Part shown: positions 38,067 through 48,549 of the stretch, one piece after another
How the letters are laid out: each line of letters begins with the position of its first letter
Position numbering within the stretch: the first letter of the stretch is position 1
NCBI GenBank assembly: GCA_965248435.1
Contig: OZ252100.1
Location: 480,001 to 544,000 of the forward strand
Origin: Candidatus Latescibacterota bacterium
Lineage (GTDB): Bacteria > Latescibacterota > UBA2968 > GCA-2709665
Direction of reading: 5' to 3'
Length of the DNA: 64,000 bases
Notes under the pieces: model-generated
What the model was told of the DNA's origin: nothing
What the model saw: the letters and a program-made list of their open reading frames with translations, nothing else
Databases searched by the model: none
Made by a program: the position numbers and the translations under genes

Positions 38067-39197
38067 ATGACGATAAACCATCCGTTCGCGCGTGTAAGTA
38101 TCTGCTTGGTCACAGCCCTTCTCGTGGGATCCTGCCGGTCCAGAGCCGAGGGGTTGGCCCTGGACAAAATCCGAATGCCGCCGGGGTTCGAAATCGAGAT
38201 CTATGCGGAGGGTGTTCAGAATGCACGGTCCATGACCCTGAGTCCCGGCGGAACGCTCTTCGTTGCCACGAGAAGTGCGGGAAAGGTCTACGCGATTCGT
38301 GACGATGATGCGAATCACAGGGCGGACCGCGTCATCACCATCGCCGAAGGCCTCAGAATGCCCAACGGCGTCGCGTTTCGCGACGGGGCCCTCTACGTTG
38401 CTGAAGTGAGCCGCGTCCTTCGCTACGATGGGATCGAGTCGCGTCTGAACGATCCACCCGAACCCCTCGTTCTCTACGACAAGTATCCCAGCGACCGCTC
38501 GCACGGGTGGAAATTCATTCGCTTCGGTCCGGACGGCAAACTCTACATTCCCGTCGGCGCACCTTGTAACATCTGTGACCGGAGCCAGGATGATGATCGC
38601 TATGCCTCGATCACCAGAATGAATCCGGACGGTTCCGGACTCGAGGTTTTCGCCCGAGGAGTACGAAACACGGTCGGGTTCGATTGGCATCCCAAGACTA
38701 GGGAGCTCTGGTTCACGGACAACGGTCGAGACTGGCTTGGGGATGACATTCCGCCAGACGAGTTGAACCGGGCGCCCGACAAAGACCTGCACTTCGGATA
38801 TCCATACCGGCACGGCAGCAACATCCCTGATCCCGAGTTTGGGAAGAAAGGGAGAGACGGAAAATTTGTGCCTCCGGCTGTGGAGCTGGGTCCACACGTT
38901 GCGGCACTGGGGATGCGTTTCTACACGGGCGGGATGTTTCCCCAACCCTATCACAACCAGATCTTCATCGCAGAGCACGGCTCGTGGAACCGGGCACGAA
39001 AGATCGGTTACCGATTGACACTCGTACGCGTTGAGGGGACTGAGGCAGGTTCTTATGAAACCTTTGCAGAAGGATGGAAGCAGGGAGAGGAGGTGTGGGG
39101 ACGGCCTGTCGACGTACTCGTGATGCCCGACGGGGCCTTGCTCGTTTCCGACGATTACGCGGGGGTGATCTACCGAATCAGTTACCGAATGCCGTAA
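38067..39197 (+). CDS. PQQ-dependent sugar/sorbosone dehydrogenase family
   Basis: Signal peptide; PNGVAF, GAPCNIC, GVRNTVGFDW, PPDELN, AEHGSWN, GRPVD. Confidence 0.88.
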   Translation: MTINHPFARVSICLVTALLVGSCRSRAEGLALDKIRMPPGFEIEIYAEGVQNARSMTLSPGGTLFVATRSAGKVYAIRDDDANHRADRVITIAEGLRMPNGVAFRDGALYVAEVSRVLRYDGIESRLNDPPEPLVLYDKYPSDRSHGWKFIRFGPDGKLYIPVGAPCNICDRSQDDDRYASITRMNPDGSGLEVFARGVRNTVGFDWHPKTRELWFTDNGRDWLGDDIPPDELNRAPDKDLHFGYPYRHGSNIPDPEFGKKGRDGKFVPPAVELGPHVAALGMRFYTGGMFPQPYHNQIFIAEHGSWNRARKIGYRLTLVRVEGTEAGSYETFAEGWKQGEEVWGRPVDVLVMPDGALLVSDDYAGVIYRISYRMP

Positions 39198-39284
39198 CAA
39201 GCAAACGGTGAACCTGCCTAAAAACAGTTCGGCCCGCACACTCGAAGCGTGCGGGCCTGGCTAGAATCGGGTCTGAATCTTTCG

Positions 39285-39827
39285 TTATGGGCTTACGCCT
39301 TCCTGCTGTTCCACTGCACCCGATTGTCTGGACTGACGCTCGTATGTATTTCTCAAAACATCGATTACCTGTACACGAACTCGAACGCTTTTGTCTTTCA
39401 GTGCTTTTCTCAAATAAGGTACACTGATGTCGGGTGTCATCTTTCCAAAGGCCCTTACGGCCTCGACACGGATATGCTCTTCTTTGTCTTCCAGGGCCTT
39501 CCCCAGGGCCTCTGCGGTCCTGCGCTGTTCGGCCGGTGATGCCATCATCTCCCCCAGCAACCTGACAGCGTCTCGCCTGACCAAAGGGTTCTTGTCTCCC
39601 AGAGCCTCCCGCAAGATGCCCTCCATCGACGCATCCGATTTTGCGCCAAGCAGGGGAATGTATCTAACGGGAGCAACCCGCCTGACGGCACATCCGGTCC
39701 CACCCAGCATCAACAAGACCAAAATCAAAAAAACCTTTGCACACTGGGACCCGTTCGCCGAGGCCGTGATCGTCCCGAGCCTGTGTCCAGGCTTCTTATT
39801 CGGTTTGCGGGCAACGCCTTCGAACAC
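39285..39827 (-). CDS. HEAT-repeat lipoprotein (start uncertain)
   Basis: Lipobox GTGC; repeats ALGDKNPLVRRDAV / ALEDKEEHIRVEAV / ALKDKSVRVR. Confidence 0.7.
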   Translation of the reverse strand: MFEGVARKPNKKPGHRLGTITASANGSQCAKVFLILVLLMLGGTGCAVRRVAPVRYIPLLGAKSDASMEGILREALGDKNPLVRRDAVRLLGEMMASPAEQRRTAEALGKALEDKEEHIRVEAVRAFGKMTPDISVPYLRKALKDKSVRVRVQVIDVLRNTYERQSRQSGAVEQQEGVSP

Positions 39828-40078
39828 CTGTAGATCCTTTAAGTTACAAAAACATAAGTGCTTACGCTAAACTGGAGCGCGGAAACAGTACGCCCTCAGG
39901 GTGACGGATCAGGCAGCTTTTCTCTATCTAATTCGGCAGGATCGGTAATTACTTAAGCGCCGTCTTGGATGCCCCCTGAACATATATACAGTATTCTTGG
40001 CCAAACACAAACATCCCGGCGATCGGTTTCCTCGAATCGACGCCACGTCGATCAGAATTCAAAACCCAGGAGTAAACT

Positions 40079-40849
40079 ATGCCTCCCGTCGCACTGGTGA
40101 CTGGCTCCAGTCGAGGTATCGGGCGCGGTATCGCGGCCAGCCTTGCTGAGGCCGGACACGACGTCATGATCAACTACGTCAAGAATCTGGAAGCAGCGGA
40201 AGAATCAGCTCAAATCGTCCAGCGCAATGGCCAGCGGGCGGAGACCCACAAGGCCGACGTTGCGTCACGCGAAGAAGGCAGAGGTCTCGTCGACGCGACA
40301 CTGGAGGCCTTTGGCCGTCTGGACCTTCTGGTGAACAACGCGGGTATCGCGCCGCGCGTGCGCGCCGACATTCTTGAGGCCGCTCCGGAGAGCTACGATG
40401 AGGTCATGGCCGCAAACTTGAAAGGGCCCTATTTCCTCACGCAGTATGCGGCGAATCGAATGATCACACTGCTGGAAGAAGGGATCGTAGAGAAACCAAG
40501 GATCGTGAACATCTCATCCATCTCTGCGTATACCTCATCCACCAATCGAGGGGAATACTGTGTATCCAAGACAGGACTCAGTATGATGACAAGGCTCTTC
40601 GCGGATCGACTCGGTCCCTGCGGCATCACCGTAAATGAAATCCAACCTGGCATTATTTTCACAGACATGACCGAGCCCGTGCGGGAAATTTATGATAAGA
40701 AGATTGCCGAGGGCATCACTCCGATCCAGAGGTGGGGGCAGCCCGAAGATATCGGGAAGGTGGTGGCGGCCATCGCCCTGGGCTACCTGGATTTCACGAC
40801 CGGGGCTGCGATCCCCGTTGACGGGGGATTTCACCTGCAAAGGCTGTAG
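40079..40849 (+). CDS. SDR oxidoreductase (3-ketoacyl-ACP reductase-like)
   Basis: TGSSRGIG, NNAG, YCVSK, DGG. Confidence 0.88.
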   Translation: MPPVALVTGSSRGIGRGIAASLAEAGHDVMINYVKNLEAAEESAQIVQRNGQRAETHKADVASREEGRGLVDATLEAFGRLDLLVNNAGIAPRVRADILEAAPESYDEVMAANLKGPYFLTQYAANRMITLLEEGIVEKPRIVNISSISAYTSSTNRGEYCVSKTGLSMMTRLFADRLGPCGITVNEIQPGIIFTDMTEPVREIYDKKIAEGITPIQRWGQPEDIGKVVAAIALGYLDFTTGAAIPVDGGFHLQRL

Positions 40850-40908
40850 TCATCATCGCTCCGACAGGACTAAGCCCCGGGTCTCTTCTCTGGAATGTAC
40901 CCGAAGTA

Positions 40909-40937
40909 TTGACGTATGTCCATAAAATGCGTATATT
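40909..40937 (+). promoter_or_regulatory. sigma70-type promoter
   Basis: TTGACG-17 nt-TATATT. Confidence 0.6.
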
Positions 40938-41056
40938 TATCAATGTTGTTGCCCGCTTCAAGCTTCTTGAATCGACCGGGCCGGAAGGATAAACTTTTGT
41001 AAAACTTAGACCTTGAACCTCTCTGGTCACTGGGCTCGTGAGGAGGTTTCTGCAGC

Positions 41057-41839
41057 ATGCTCAAAGAGTTGTTCAAACGGAACGGTGACGAACACGCTGC
41101 GTCGGCCAGCCGCGAAAAGCACGTCGTCATAGAGGGCCAGGAGGAAGAAGCGGAGGAGGCGATGTCCGTCATCGCGAGAGAGGGCCAGGACAGCCTCGAC
41201 CAGACGATGGAGGAGATCAACGAGTCCGTTCAGGAGGCAGCGAAGGCCTCACTCCGTGACATCCGCATGATGGAGGAGGGCCGCTGCCCGAGTTGTGGTC
41301 ACAAGACCCAACAGTTTCTGTTCACGAGCGTCTGCGCACACTGCGGATGGTTTTCTTTCATCTCCCCGGAAGAGGGGAAATCGATCATCCACCTCAAGAA
41401 CAACGGGAAAGTCGAATGCGGCACAACCTTCGATACCAAAGGCGGCTACATCCTGGGGATCACGGATGGTGTCGTTCGTGCCAAGGTCTCGAAGGAAAAC
41501 GTGGACTACATCGAGTTCGCGTGGACAGATGAGGAGATTACGAAAAAGCGGGAGGTCCGCTTGAAGGAAGAGGCCGGGGTCTGCAGCTGGTGCGAGAACT
41601 CGCTCACCGACTCAGACTCGGAAGAGGATCCTGTCATCGTCTACGCCGCGTTCGGGAATCACCAAGACCGCTACACTTTCTGCTCGGAACGCTGCAATCG
41701 TGCCTTTCAAAGACAATACCCCGTTCGGGTACACAAGAACTGTTACAACCGCTCCTGTATCGACTGTGACCTCTGCATCAAGAAGTATTCCGGCGAGGAT
41801 GAAACCTACCTCAAACGCCTCGAAGAGGCGACGGTCTGA
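41057..41839 (+). CDS. Cys-rich multi-metal-finger hypothetical protein
   Basis: AGGAGG RBS; CPSC, CAHC, CSWC, FCSERC, HKNC-x4-CIDCDLC. Confidence 0.75.
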   Translation: MLKELFKRNGDEHAASASREKHVVIEGQEEEAEEAMSVIAREGQDSLDQTMEEINESVQEAAKASLRDIRMMEEGRCPSCGHKTQQFLFTSVCAHCGWFSFISPEEGKSIIHLKNNGKVECGTTFDTKGGYILGITDGVVRAKVSKENVDYIEFAWTDEEITKKREVRLKEEAGVCSWCENSLTDSDSEEDPVIVYAAFGNHQDRYTFCSERCNRAFQRQYPVRVHKNCYNRSCIDCDLCIKKYSGEDETYLKRLEEATV

Positions 41840-41862
41840 CTCAGACCTCCTCCAGAAATCCG

Positions 41863-43800
41863 CTACACCGTACCTAGAGCTTCCAGACCTGTATCGGGCA
41901 ACCTCCCGCCCTGCTCCGCTTCACCCTTCCGCTGTTGTTCCGCCATCTGGCGATAAACGCCCTCTTTATTGATCAGATCAGAGTGCCTCCCCCAGCCTAC
42001 CATTGCGCCTCTGTCCAGTACGAGGATGCGGTCGGCACGCATCGCGGTAGAAATACGATGCGTGATGATGAACGTCGTACGCGTTCTCATAATTCGATCC
42101 AGGGTCACCTGGATGCGCGCCTCGGTTTCCGCATCCAGCGCCGAGGTGGTGTCGTCCAGAATCAGGATGGAAGGATTCGATAGAAGGGCCATCGCGAACG
42201 CGAGGCGCTGCTTCTGACCCCCGGACAAGTTCGTGCCCTGTTCCCCCACGCGGGCCTCGTACTTTTCGGGAAGACTCATGATGAAATCGTGGAGCTCGGC
42301 CGCCTTGGCCGCCCTCATGATCTCTTCCGGACTGGCATCGCCCCGACCATAGATGATGTTCTCTGCGATCGTCCCGGAAAAGAGGATCGGCTCCTGAGGG
42401 ACCATGGCGATGTGTTTTCTGAGTGACGACAACTTGATGTCCCGGATCTCATAGTCGTCAACCAGAATGGATCCCTCGGTGGGTTCGTAGAGCCGAAGCA
42501 AGAGACTCATAAGCGTGCTCTTTCCGGAACCAGAGGGCCCGACCACCGCGACAGAAGTTCCCGGCCTCGCCTCGAAGCTCAGGCCTCTCAAGACAGATTC
42601 CGCACCCTCTCGATACTGAAAAGTCACTTTTTGGAACACTACCCTGCCCTGTATCCGCTTCAGCTCTGCGGCATCATGTCGATCCTCGACCATGATTTTC
42701 TCGTCCAGAACCTCGAACACGCGCGATATCACCACGGTCATCTCCTGAAGCACTGCGCTTACTTCCGAGAGCGCGACAATGGGCTGGAAGAGGATCCCCA
42801 GGGAGATGTTGAAATAGATCAGATCCCCCACGGTCATCTCCCCTGTCCTCACGAGCATCGCACCCCAGTAAAACACCAGCGCCGTGGCCACAGCGCTGAT
42901 GGTCATGCAAGCCGCTCGAAGTCCCGAGTTCAGCATGAACCTTCGCACGGAGAGCCTGAACGCCTTTCCCACCTTCCTGAAAAACTCGCGAAGTTCCGAC
43001 CGCTCGCGAACAAAGGAAAGCACGACCTGGATGCCGCGAATCCGCTCCTCGAGAAGCCCGTAGGCGTCCGCATAGGCTTCCCTCCAGCGCAGGGCCGTGG
43101 AGGCAATGCCCTTTTGGAACAGCTTAAAGGTGAAGACGTAGAGAGGCAGCACAACGAGCGCGAGCAAGGCAAGCTTGAAGTTGATCACCAAAATCACAGC
43201 TGTGCCGATGATGACTCGACACAGATGGCGCACGGTCTGTACAAACGTCGTTGTCACTTCCGACTGAAGCAGACCGACGTCATCCAGGACCCTGGACATC
43301 AGCTTGCCCGTCTGCTGACGATCGAAGTAGGTCATCTGGAGCTTCTGAATCTTTTGATGCAGGTCCAAACGAACGCGGAAGACAACCCGTTGTCCTATGT
43401 ATGATATGTTGTACAAATACAGCCAGTTCGTCAGTGAAAAGGTCATCCGGATACCCAGATAGGCGAAGAAAATGATCCACAGCCAGCGAATCTTTTCGCC
43501 CCTGCTCTTCGGGGGACCCAGGTCACTTTTCGGCGGAAGCACGGTCTTGGGGTCACGTCGGTTGCGAACCCCCTGTCGACTATCGATGGCATTCCCGGCC
43601 GAATCCCGGCCCCCGGTTTCCATCCCTCCGATTGCCACACCGCTCGGCCTGATCTGGATCACGTGATCAACGGTCATCTTTGTGATGAAGCCCAGCATAA
43701 AGAAGTAGGATGACAAGATTCCCGCCAGGAAAACCGCTAGAATGACCCTGGACATCAGCGGCTGAACGTATCTTCGAGCAAATCTGTGGACGGTATTCAT
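41863..43800 (-). CDS. ABC exporter half-transporter (TMD+NBD), degenerate Walker B
   Basis: GPSGSGKS, LSGGQ, ILILDD. Confidence 0.92.
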   Translation of the reverse strand: MNTVHRFARRYVQPLMSRVILAVFLAGILSSYFFMLGFITKMTVDHVIQIRPSGVAIGGMETGGRDSAGNAIDSRQGVRNRRDPKTVLPPKSDLGPPKSRGEKIRWLWIIFFAYLGIRMTFSLTNWLYLYNISYIGQRVVFRVRLDLHQKIQKLQMTYFDRQQTGKLMSRVLDDVGLLQSEVTTTFVQTVRHLCRVIIGTAVILVINFKLALLALVVLPLYVFTFKLFQKGIASTALRWREAYADAYGLLEERIRGIQVVLSFVRERSELREFFRKVGKAFRLSVRRFMLNSGLRAACMTISAVATALVFYWGAMLVRTGEMTVGDLIYFNISLGILFQPIVALSEVSAVLQEMTVVISRVFEVLDEKIMVEDRHDAAELKRIQGRVVFQKVTFQYREGAESVLRGLSFEARPGTSVAVVGPSGSGKSTLMSLLLRLYEPTEGSILVDDYEIRDIKLSSLRKHIAMVPQEPILFSGTIAENIIYGRGDASPEEIMRAAKAAELHDFIMSLPEKYEARVGEQGTNLSGGQKQRLAFAMALLSNPSILILDDTTSALDAETEARIQVTLDRIMRTRTTFIITHRISTAMRADRILVLDRGAMVGWGRHSDLINKEGVYRQMAEQQRKGEAEQGGRLPDTGLEALGTV

Positions 43801-45599
43801 CAGCCCTTCTCGCCTCGTTGGGGTCCTTCGGCAATGCCAGCAGCCCCGGCTTTCGCGGGCTCACCAAACTGCTGCTCGTAAAGCCTTCGGTAGAGGCCAT
43901 CCTGCCTCTGCAACAGCTCGACGTGACTTCCTGATTCGACAATCTCTCCCTGATCCATCGCAACGATCAGGTCTGCGTTGACGATCGTCGAAAGGCGATG
44001 GGCAATCACAATGGAGGTTCGCCCCGCAAGGACAGTCGACAGCGCCTTTTGAATGAGCGCCTCTGAGAGCGAGTCCAGCGATGAGGTGGCCTCATCGAGT
44101 ATCAGAACAGCAGGCTTCGTAAGCACGGCACGTGCGATCGCGAACCGCTGCTTCTCCCCTACGGACAGCTTGATTCCGTCTTCCCCCAGCATCGTATCGT
44201 ATCCATCGGCCGTCCTCAAGATGAACTCGTGGATCTCTGCCATGCGGGACGCTTCGATGATCTCATCTTCTGTGGCGTTTGGGCGACCGTAGGTCAAATT
44301 GTCCCGTATGGACACGTTGAACATCACAGAATCCTGAGGTACTTGCCCGATCTGACCTCGGAGGACCTTGAACTGAAGGTCCCGAATGTCTTGACCATCG
44401 ACGGAAACGGAGCCCCCAGTCACGTCAGAGAACCGCATCAGCAAACGCGTAAGGGTTGTCTTCCCACATCCCGTATGCCCAACGAGCGCCACTGTGTTTC
44501 CTGGCTGAATCTCCAAACAGATATCCTTCAGCACCGGTTCGCCAGGGTTGTATTCGAACCAGACGTGATCAAACTTGATGTGACCACGGAGTCGAGGGAT
44601 GGCCTTCGCGCCCTTTCGCTGCTCGATCTCGACCGGCCAATCCAGAATCTCGAAGATGCGGTCGGCCGATACAAACATGCGTTCGAACTCCGATGCCAGA
44701 GTCGTCAGGCTCAGGACGGTTTCGAAGGCCATGGCGGAGTATCTCTGAAACGCCATCAGCGCACCGTAACTCATTTCGCCTTCGATCACGAAGTAGCAAC
44801 CCATACAGAAGACGAGGGAATTGCGCAGACCGCTCACCGCCCAGACCCCTGCTTCGATGTTGGCCCTCTGGACGGCACCCCGCATCGCGTAGCCCAGACC
44901 TTCGCGAGTCTCCTGGGCGAAGATCCTGTTTTCACGGCGCTCCCGCCCATATGCCTTGACCAGTTGGGCGCCGCTGAGCCGCTCCTGGAGACCGACGGAC
45001 ACCTCATCCATCTGCCGGCGCCAACGCCTCCAGGCTGCTCGCAACCCTCCGCGGAAGAAATTGAAGTTGAAAACGTAGAGAGGTAACAACAAAAGAAGCA
45101 CGAGCGACAACTTCCAGTTGAGCCCGAAACAGAGAACGAGTGCAACCCAAAACGAAATGAGTTCGGCACCGAGCCTTAGAATACGTTGAGACATCATCAT
45201 CCTGACCGTCGCGACATCGTCCATGATACGGGACATAATCTTGCCCGTTCCCATCTCTTCCCGGAACCTGATAGACAACTTGAGAATGTGCTCGTACATC
45301 TTCACGCGGAGATCCAGAATGAGCCTTTGGGATACATATCCGATCTGATAGCTGCTTCCCATCAAGAGGCCCCCGGCCAGCACGGGGAGCACAAGGGCGA
45401 TACAAAGCAGAATCTCCAGCATTCCCCACTGCCCCCCCACGATCACCCTGTCCACGATGAACATGATCACGAGCGGAGGTGCGAGCTGTACCAAGGAATA
45501 GGCCACCACAAGCACCATGGCCAGGACGCACCTCCGGCTGTAGGGCCGCAAAAAGGAAAGCAGCCTCCGGAATCGCCCGGTGCTTTCTTGAAGTTCCAT
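43800..45599 (-). CDS. ABC exporter half-transporter (TMD+NBD)
   Basis: GHTGCGKT, LSVGE, LILDEATS, IAHR. Confidence 0.92.
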   Translation of the reverse strand: MELQESTGRFRRLLSFLRPYSRRCVLAMVLVVAYSLVQLAPPLVIMFIVDRVIVGGQWGMLEILLCIALVLPVLAGGLLMGSSYQIGYVSQRLILDLRVKMYEHILKLSIRFREEMGTGKIMSRIMDDVATVRMMMSQRILRLGAELISFWVALVLCFGLNWKLSLVLLLLLPLYVFNFNFFRGGLRAAWRRWRRQMDEVSVGLQERLSGAQLVKAYGRERRENRIFAQETREGLGYAMRGAVQRANIEAGVWAVSGLRNSLVFCMGCYFVIEGEMSYGALMAFQRYSAMAFETVLSLTTLASEFERMFVSADRIFEILDWPVEIEQRKGAKAIPRLRGHIKFDHVWFEYNPGEPVLKDICLEIQPGNTVALVGHTGCGKTTLTRLLMRFSDVTGGSVSVDGQDIRDLQFKVLRGQIGQVPQDSVMFNVSIRDNLTYGRPNATEDEIIEASRMAEIHEFILRTADGYDTMLGEDGIKLSVGEKQRFAIARAVLTKPAVLILDEATSSLDSLSEALIQKALSTVLAGRTSIVIAHRLSTIVNADLIVAMDQGEIVESGSHVELLQRQDGLYRRLYEQQFGEPAKAGAAGIAEGPQRGEKG

Positions 45600-45652
45600 G
45601 CGCGTGAGATCCAGTTCGACGAATATTCACAACTCAAGACTTTACAAGCACT

Positions 45653-45681
45653 AATATACAAACTTGCGGATTATAAGTCAA
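45653..45681 (-). promoter_or_regulatory. sigma70-type promoter for the ABC pair
   Basis: TTGACT-17 nt-TATATT on the minus strand. Confidence 0.55.
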
Positions 45682-45818
45682 AGTTGGCCCTGGCATTGGC
45701 GCCTTTGAGCCAGGGCCGGGGGTCCAACCAACCACTCTTGACTCCTGACGCTCGACGCTCTACATTTGAAATCAAAGCAGAAAACCTTCCAAGCATCGGC
45801 CACCTGGATGTCCCGCCC

Positions 45819-47135
45819 TTGACCTCTCCGGCTGAACTCTCAAGACTCTCCATCGCGCAGATTCGGTCTTTGATACACTCAGAGTCCGAGGCTGAAGACG
45901 CCCTCCTCAAGGCCCTCGAGAACGACAAAAGGAAAGGGGTCAAACACCTCGCCGCCCGCGAACGTAAACGGCGAAAGGCCGAGGTGTCGGAAAGAGCGCG
46001 ACTGGAGAACATGCTTCGCTTCGAACGTAGACTCAGAACCCTGGGCGTCTGTCATATCGCAGGGATCGATGAAGTCGGGCGGGGGCCTCTTGCAGGCCCT
46101 GTCGTTGCTGCCTCTGTTATCCTGGGTCCGGACACGGTGTTCCCTGGCCTGAACGACTCCAAGTGCCTGACTGCTGAACGGAGAGAAATCCTATCTAAGC
46201 AGATTAAAGAAGCCGCCGTTGATGTGACGGTCGGATCCGCCTCGCCTGAAGAGATCGACCGTCTGAACATCCTTCAGGCAAGCCTCCTCGCGATGCGTCG
46301 CGCCCTGGCGAACCATTCCGTGCGACCGGATCGCGTGATCGTGGATGGAAACCAGCTGCCCGGAGGGCCCTTTCCCGAGATCGCATTGGTGGATGGCGAT
46401 GCCTCCTCCTGCTCGGTCGCGGCCGCCTCCATCATCGCGAAAACGACCCGAGACAGACGAATGAGGGCGTATCACGAAGAATTTCCTGAATACGGATTCG
46501 ATGGCCACAAAGGCTACGCCAGTTCAGACCACATCGAAGCGCTTCGCAGTTTCGGGCCTTGCCCGATCCATCGGCGATCCTTTCGCACGGTTGCGAACCT
46601 CGTGCAGGGCCGATCTGATGACTTCGCCGTGTACGAGACGGGAATTGAAGAGGCGGGAGACCTCAAGGCACTAGAGGCCATCGGGAGGAGCATCGCGGAG
46701 GCTCGCGACTGCCTTCCGTCGGAGGAGCTCAAAGAACTCAGGTCGCTCTTCTCCCGCAAACGTGACAGGTTGAACAGGACCGGCCCAAAGGGAGAACGGA
46801 TCGCTGCGGATGACCTCGTCCGAAGGGGGTATCAGATCTCCGAGCGCGGCTACAGGGCGGCGGGAGGCGAAATCGATATCATCGCCAGGCGCCGGGGTAT
46901 CCTGGCCTTCATCGAGGTCAAGACAGCGAATTCGACCCTTTTCGGCCCACCCGAGAGGTGGGTCACGCCCGAGAAACAACGACAAATCTTAAAAGTGTGC
47001 AGCGCATACCTCCTGCAACACCCCTCGCCCGATTTGACCCCACGGCTCGATGTCCTGGTCGTCCGGCTCTCCAAAAGCGGGAATGATGTCCGGCATCTCG
47101 AGGGCGCCTTTCGAATCGAACCCCTCGACGCTTGA
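45819..47135 (+). CDS. rnhB: Ribonuclease HII fused to a C-terminal YraN/UPF0102 domain
   Basis: GIDEVGRGPLAGPV, LNDSK, VDGN, AAASIIAK, HKGY, HRRSF; then GE..A...L...GY.I..R...GEIDIIA...FIEVK. Start placed at TTG 45819 (uncertain). Confidence 0.88.
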   Translation: MTSPAELSRLSIAQIRSLIHSESEAEDALLKALENDKRKGVKHLAARERKRRKAEVSERARLENMLRFERRLRTLGVCHIAGIDEVGRGPLAGPVVAASVILGPDTVFPGLNDSKCLTAERREILSKQIKEAAVDVTVGSASPEEIDRLNILQASLLAMRRALANHSVRPDRVIVDGNQLPGGPFPEIALVDGDASSCSVAAASIIAKTTRDRRMRAYHEEFPEYGFDGHKGYASSDHIEALRSFGPCPIHRRSFRTVANLVQGRSDDFAVYETGIEEAGDLKALEAIGRSIAEARDCLPSEELKELRSLFSRKRDRLNRTGPKGERIAADDLVRRGYQISERGYRAAGGEIDIIARRRGILAFIEVKTANSTLFGPPERWVTPEKQRQILKVCSAYLLQHPSPDLTPRLDVLVVRLSKSGNDVRHLEGAFRIEPLDA

Positions 47136-47160
47136 CATTTCTTTCGCTTCTGCTTATGTT
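47132..47160 (+). promoter_or_regulatory. sigma70-type promoter for hisS-aspS
   Basis: TTGACA-17 nt-TATGTT. Confidence 0.65.
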
Positions 47161-47218
47161 TCCATATCTAATTGTCATTTATTGAGTTATGAGCATATCG
47201 CGGCGAGGTTAGATCTCC

Positions 47219-48538
47219 ATGCCTCTGCACTTTCGCGCGCCACGAGGCACGCGCGACCTGCTTCCGGGTGACCGGCCCTACTGGGATCGGGTCGAACAGG
47301 TCGCCGAGTCTTTGGCTCAACGATACGACTTCCGCAGGATCGATACGCCCACTTTTGAGGACATAGGTCTCTTCCTCCGCAGTGTCGGTGAAGAGACGGA
47401 CATCGCCGAGAAAGAGATCTACGCGGTCAGGCGGCACGCCCCGGACCTTGACTCGGATGAAGAAGCCGCCTTGTCTTTGAGGCCCGAAGGGACGGCGCCC
47501 GTCATCCGGGCCTACCTGGAACACGGGATGCACACGCTTCCCCAGCCGGTCAAGCTCTACTACATCACGTCCATTTTCCGACACGATCGGCCCCAGGCAG
47601 GTCGTTATAGAGAACATCGCCAGTTCGGCGTGGAAGCCATCGGTGAGGTCGACCCTGCACTGGACGCGGAGGTGATTACACTCGCTTGGGAGTTTTACGC
47701 GGCCCTGGGAATTTCGAACGTGAACTTACAGCTGAACAGCGTCGGGTGCAGCGTCTGCCGTCCCGTCTACCTGAAAGAACTCAACAAATACTTGTCCGAC
47801 TTTGAAAAAGACCTCTGCGGGATCTGCAGAAACCGGTTCCTGACGAACCCCCTTCGCATTCTCGACTGTAAAGAGGAAGGATGTCAGGAGATCTTAGGCG
47901 GAGCTCCGATGATCACTGAATTCCTGTGCGAGGAATGCCAGTCCCATTTCGGCGCCGTCAAAGACCATATCCGGGACCTGGAGATCTCCTTCACGCTGAA
48001 CCCGCGACTCGTGCGCGGGTTGGATTATTACACAAAAACCGTCTTCGAATACTGGATGGAGGGCATCGGCGCACAAAATGCGATCGGAGCCGGCGGGCGA
48101 TACGACGGCCTGGCCGAAACCCTGGGGGGCCCGAGGTCACCGGGGATCGGATTCGGGATCGGCCTGGATCGGGTCATCCTGTCAATGCAAGAGCAGGGCA
48201 CTCCGATCTCAGACGAGATTCGTCCTGAGGTCTTCCTCGTCTCTTTAGGAGAACGTGCTCGTAAAAAGGCCCCCGCGCTCCTGCGACGCCTGCGAAAAGA
48301 AGGATATCGAGTGGCCGCCTCTTATGGTACCCGCAGCATGCGGTCACAGATGCGTCAGGCGAATGGCTCCGGCGCAGCCTACGGCCTGATTCTGGGGGAT
48401 GCCGAACTGGAAAAGGGTCAGATCGCCTGCAGAGAGATGGCTTCGGGTGACCAGACTGAATTCTCCCTGGATGAGCTCGTAACCCGGCTGACGAACCTGG
48501 CCGGTAGACCTGCAGCATCTCAGTCTACAAAAGTGTAG
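47219..48538 (+). CDS. hisS: Histidine-tRNA ligase
   Basis: PRGTRD, LRPEGTA, RPQAGRYR, LVRGLDYY, GGRYDGL. Confidence 0.97.
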   Translation: MPLHFRAPRGTRDLLPGDRPYWDRVEQVAESLAQRYDFRRIDTPTFEDIGLFLRSVGEETDIAEKEIYAVRRHAPDLDSDEEAALSLRPEGTAPVIRAYLEHGMHTLPQPVKLYYITSIFRHDRPQAGRYREHRQFGVEAIGEVDPALDAEVITLAWEFYAALGISNVNLQLNSVGCSVCRPVYLKELNKYLSDFEKDLCGICRNRFLTNPLRILDCKEEGCQEILGGAPMITEFLCEECQSHFGAVKDHIRDLEISFTLNPRLVRGLDYYTKTVFEYWMEGIGAQNAIGAGGRYDGLAETLGGPRSPGIGFGIGLDRVILSMQEQGTPISDEIRPEVFLVSLGERARKKAPALLRRLRKEGYRVAASYGTRSMRSQMRQANGSGAAYGLILGDAELEKGQIACREMASGDQTEFSLDELVTRLTNLAGRPAASQSTKV

Positions 48539-48549
48539 GAGAAGGGGCT

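Noticed and set aside
45186-45818. 211-aa N-terminal extension of RNase HII in the ORF track
   Set aside because: It overlaps the ABC gene antisense and its promoter; an artefact of taking the most upstream start.
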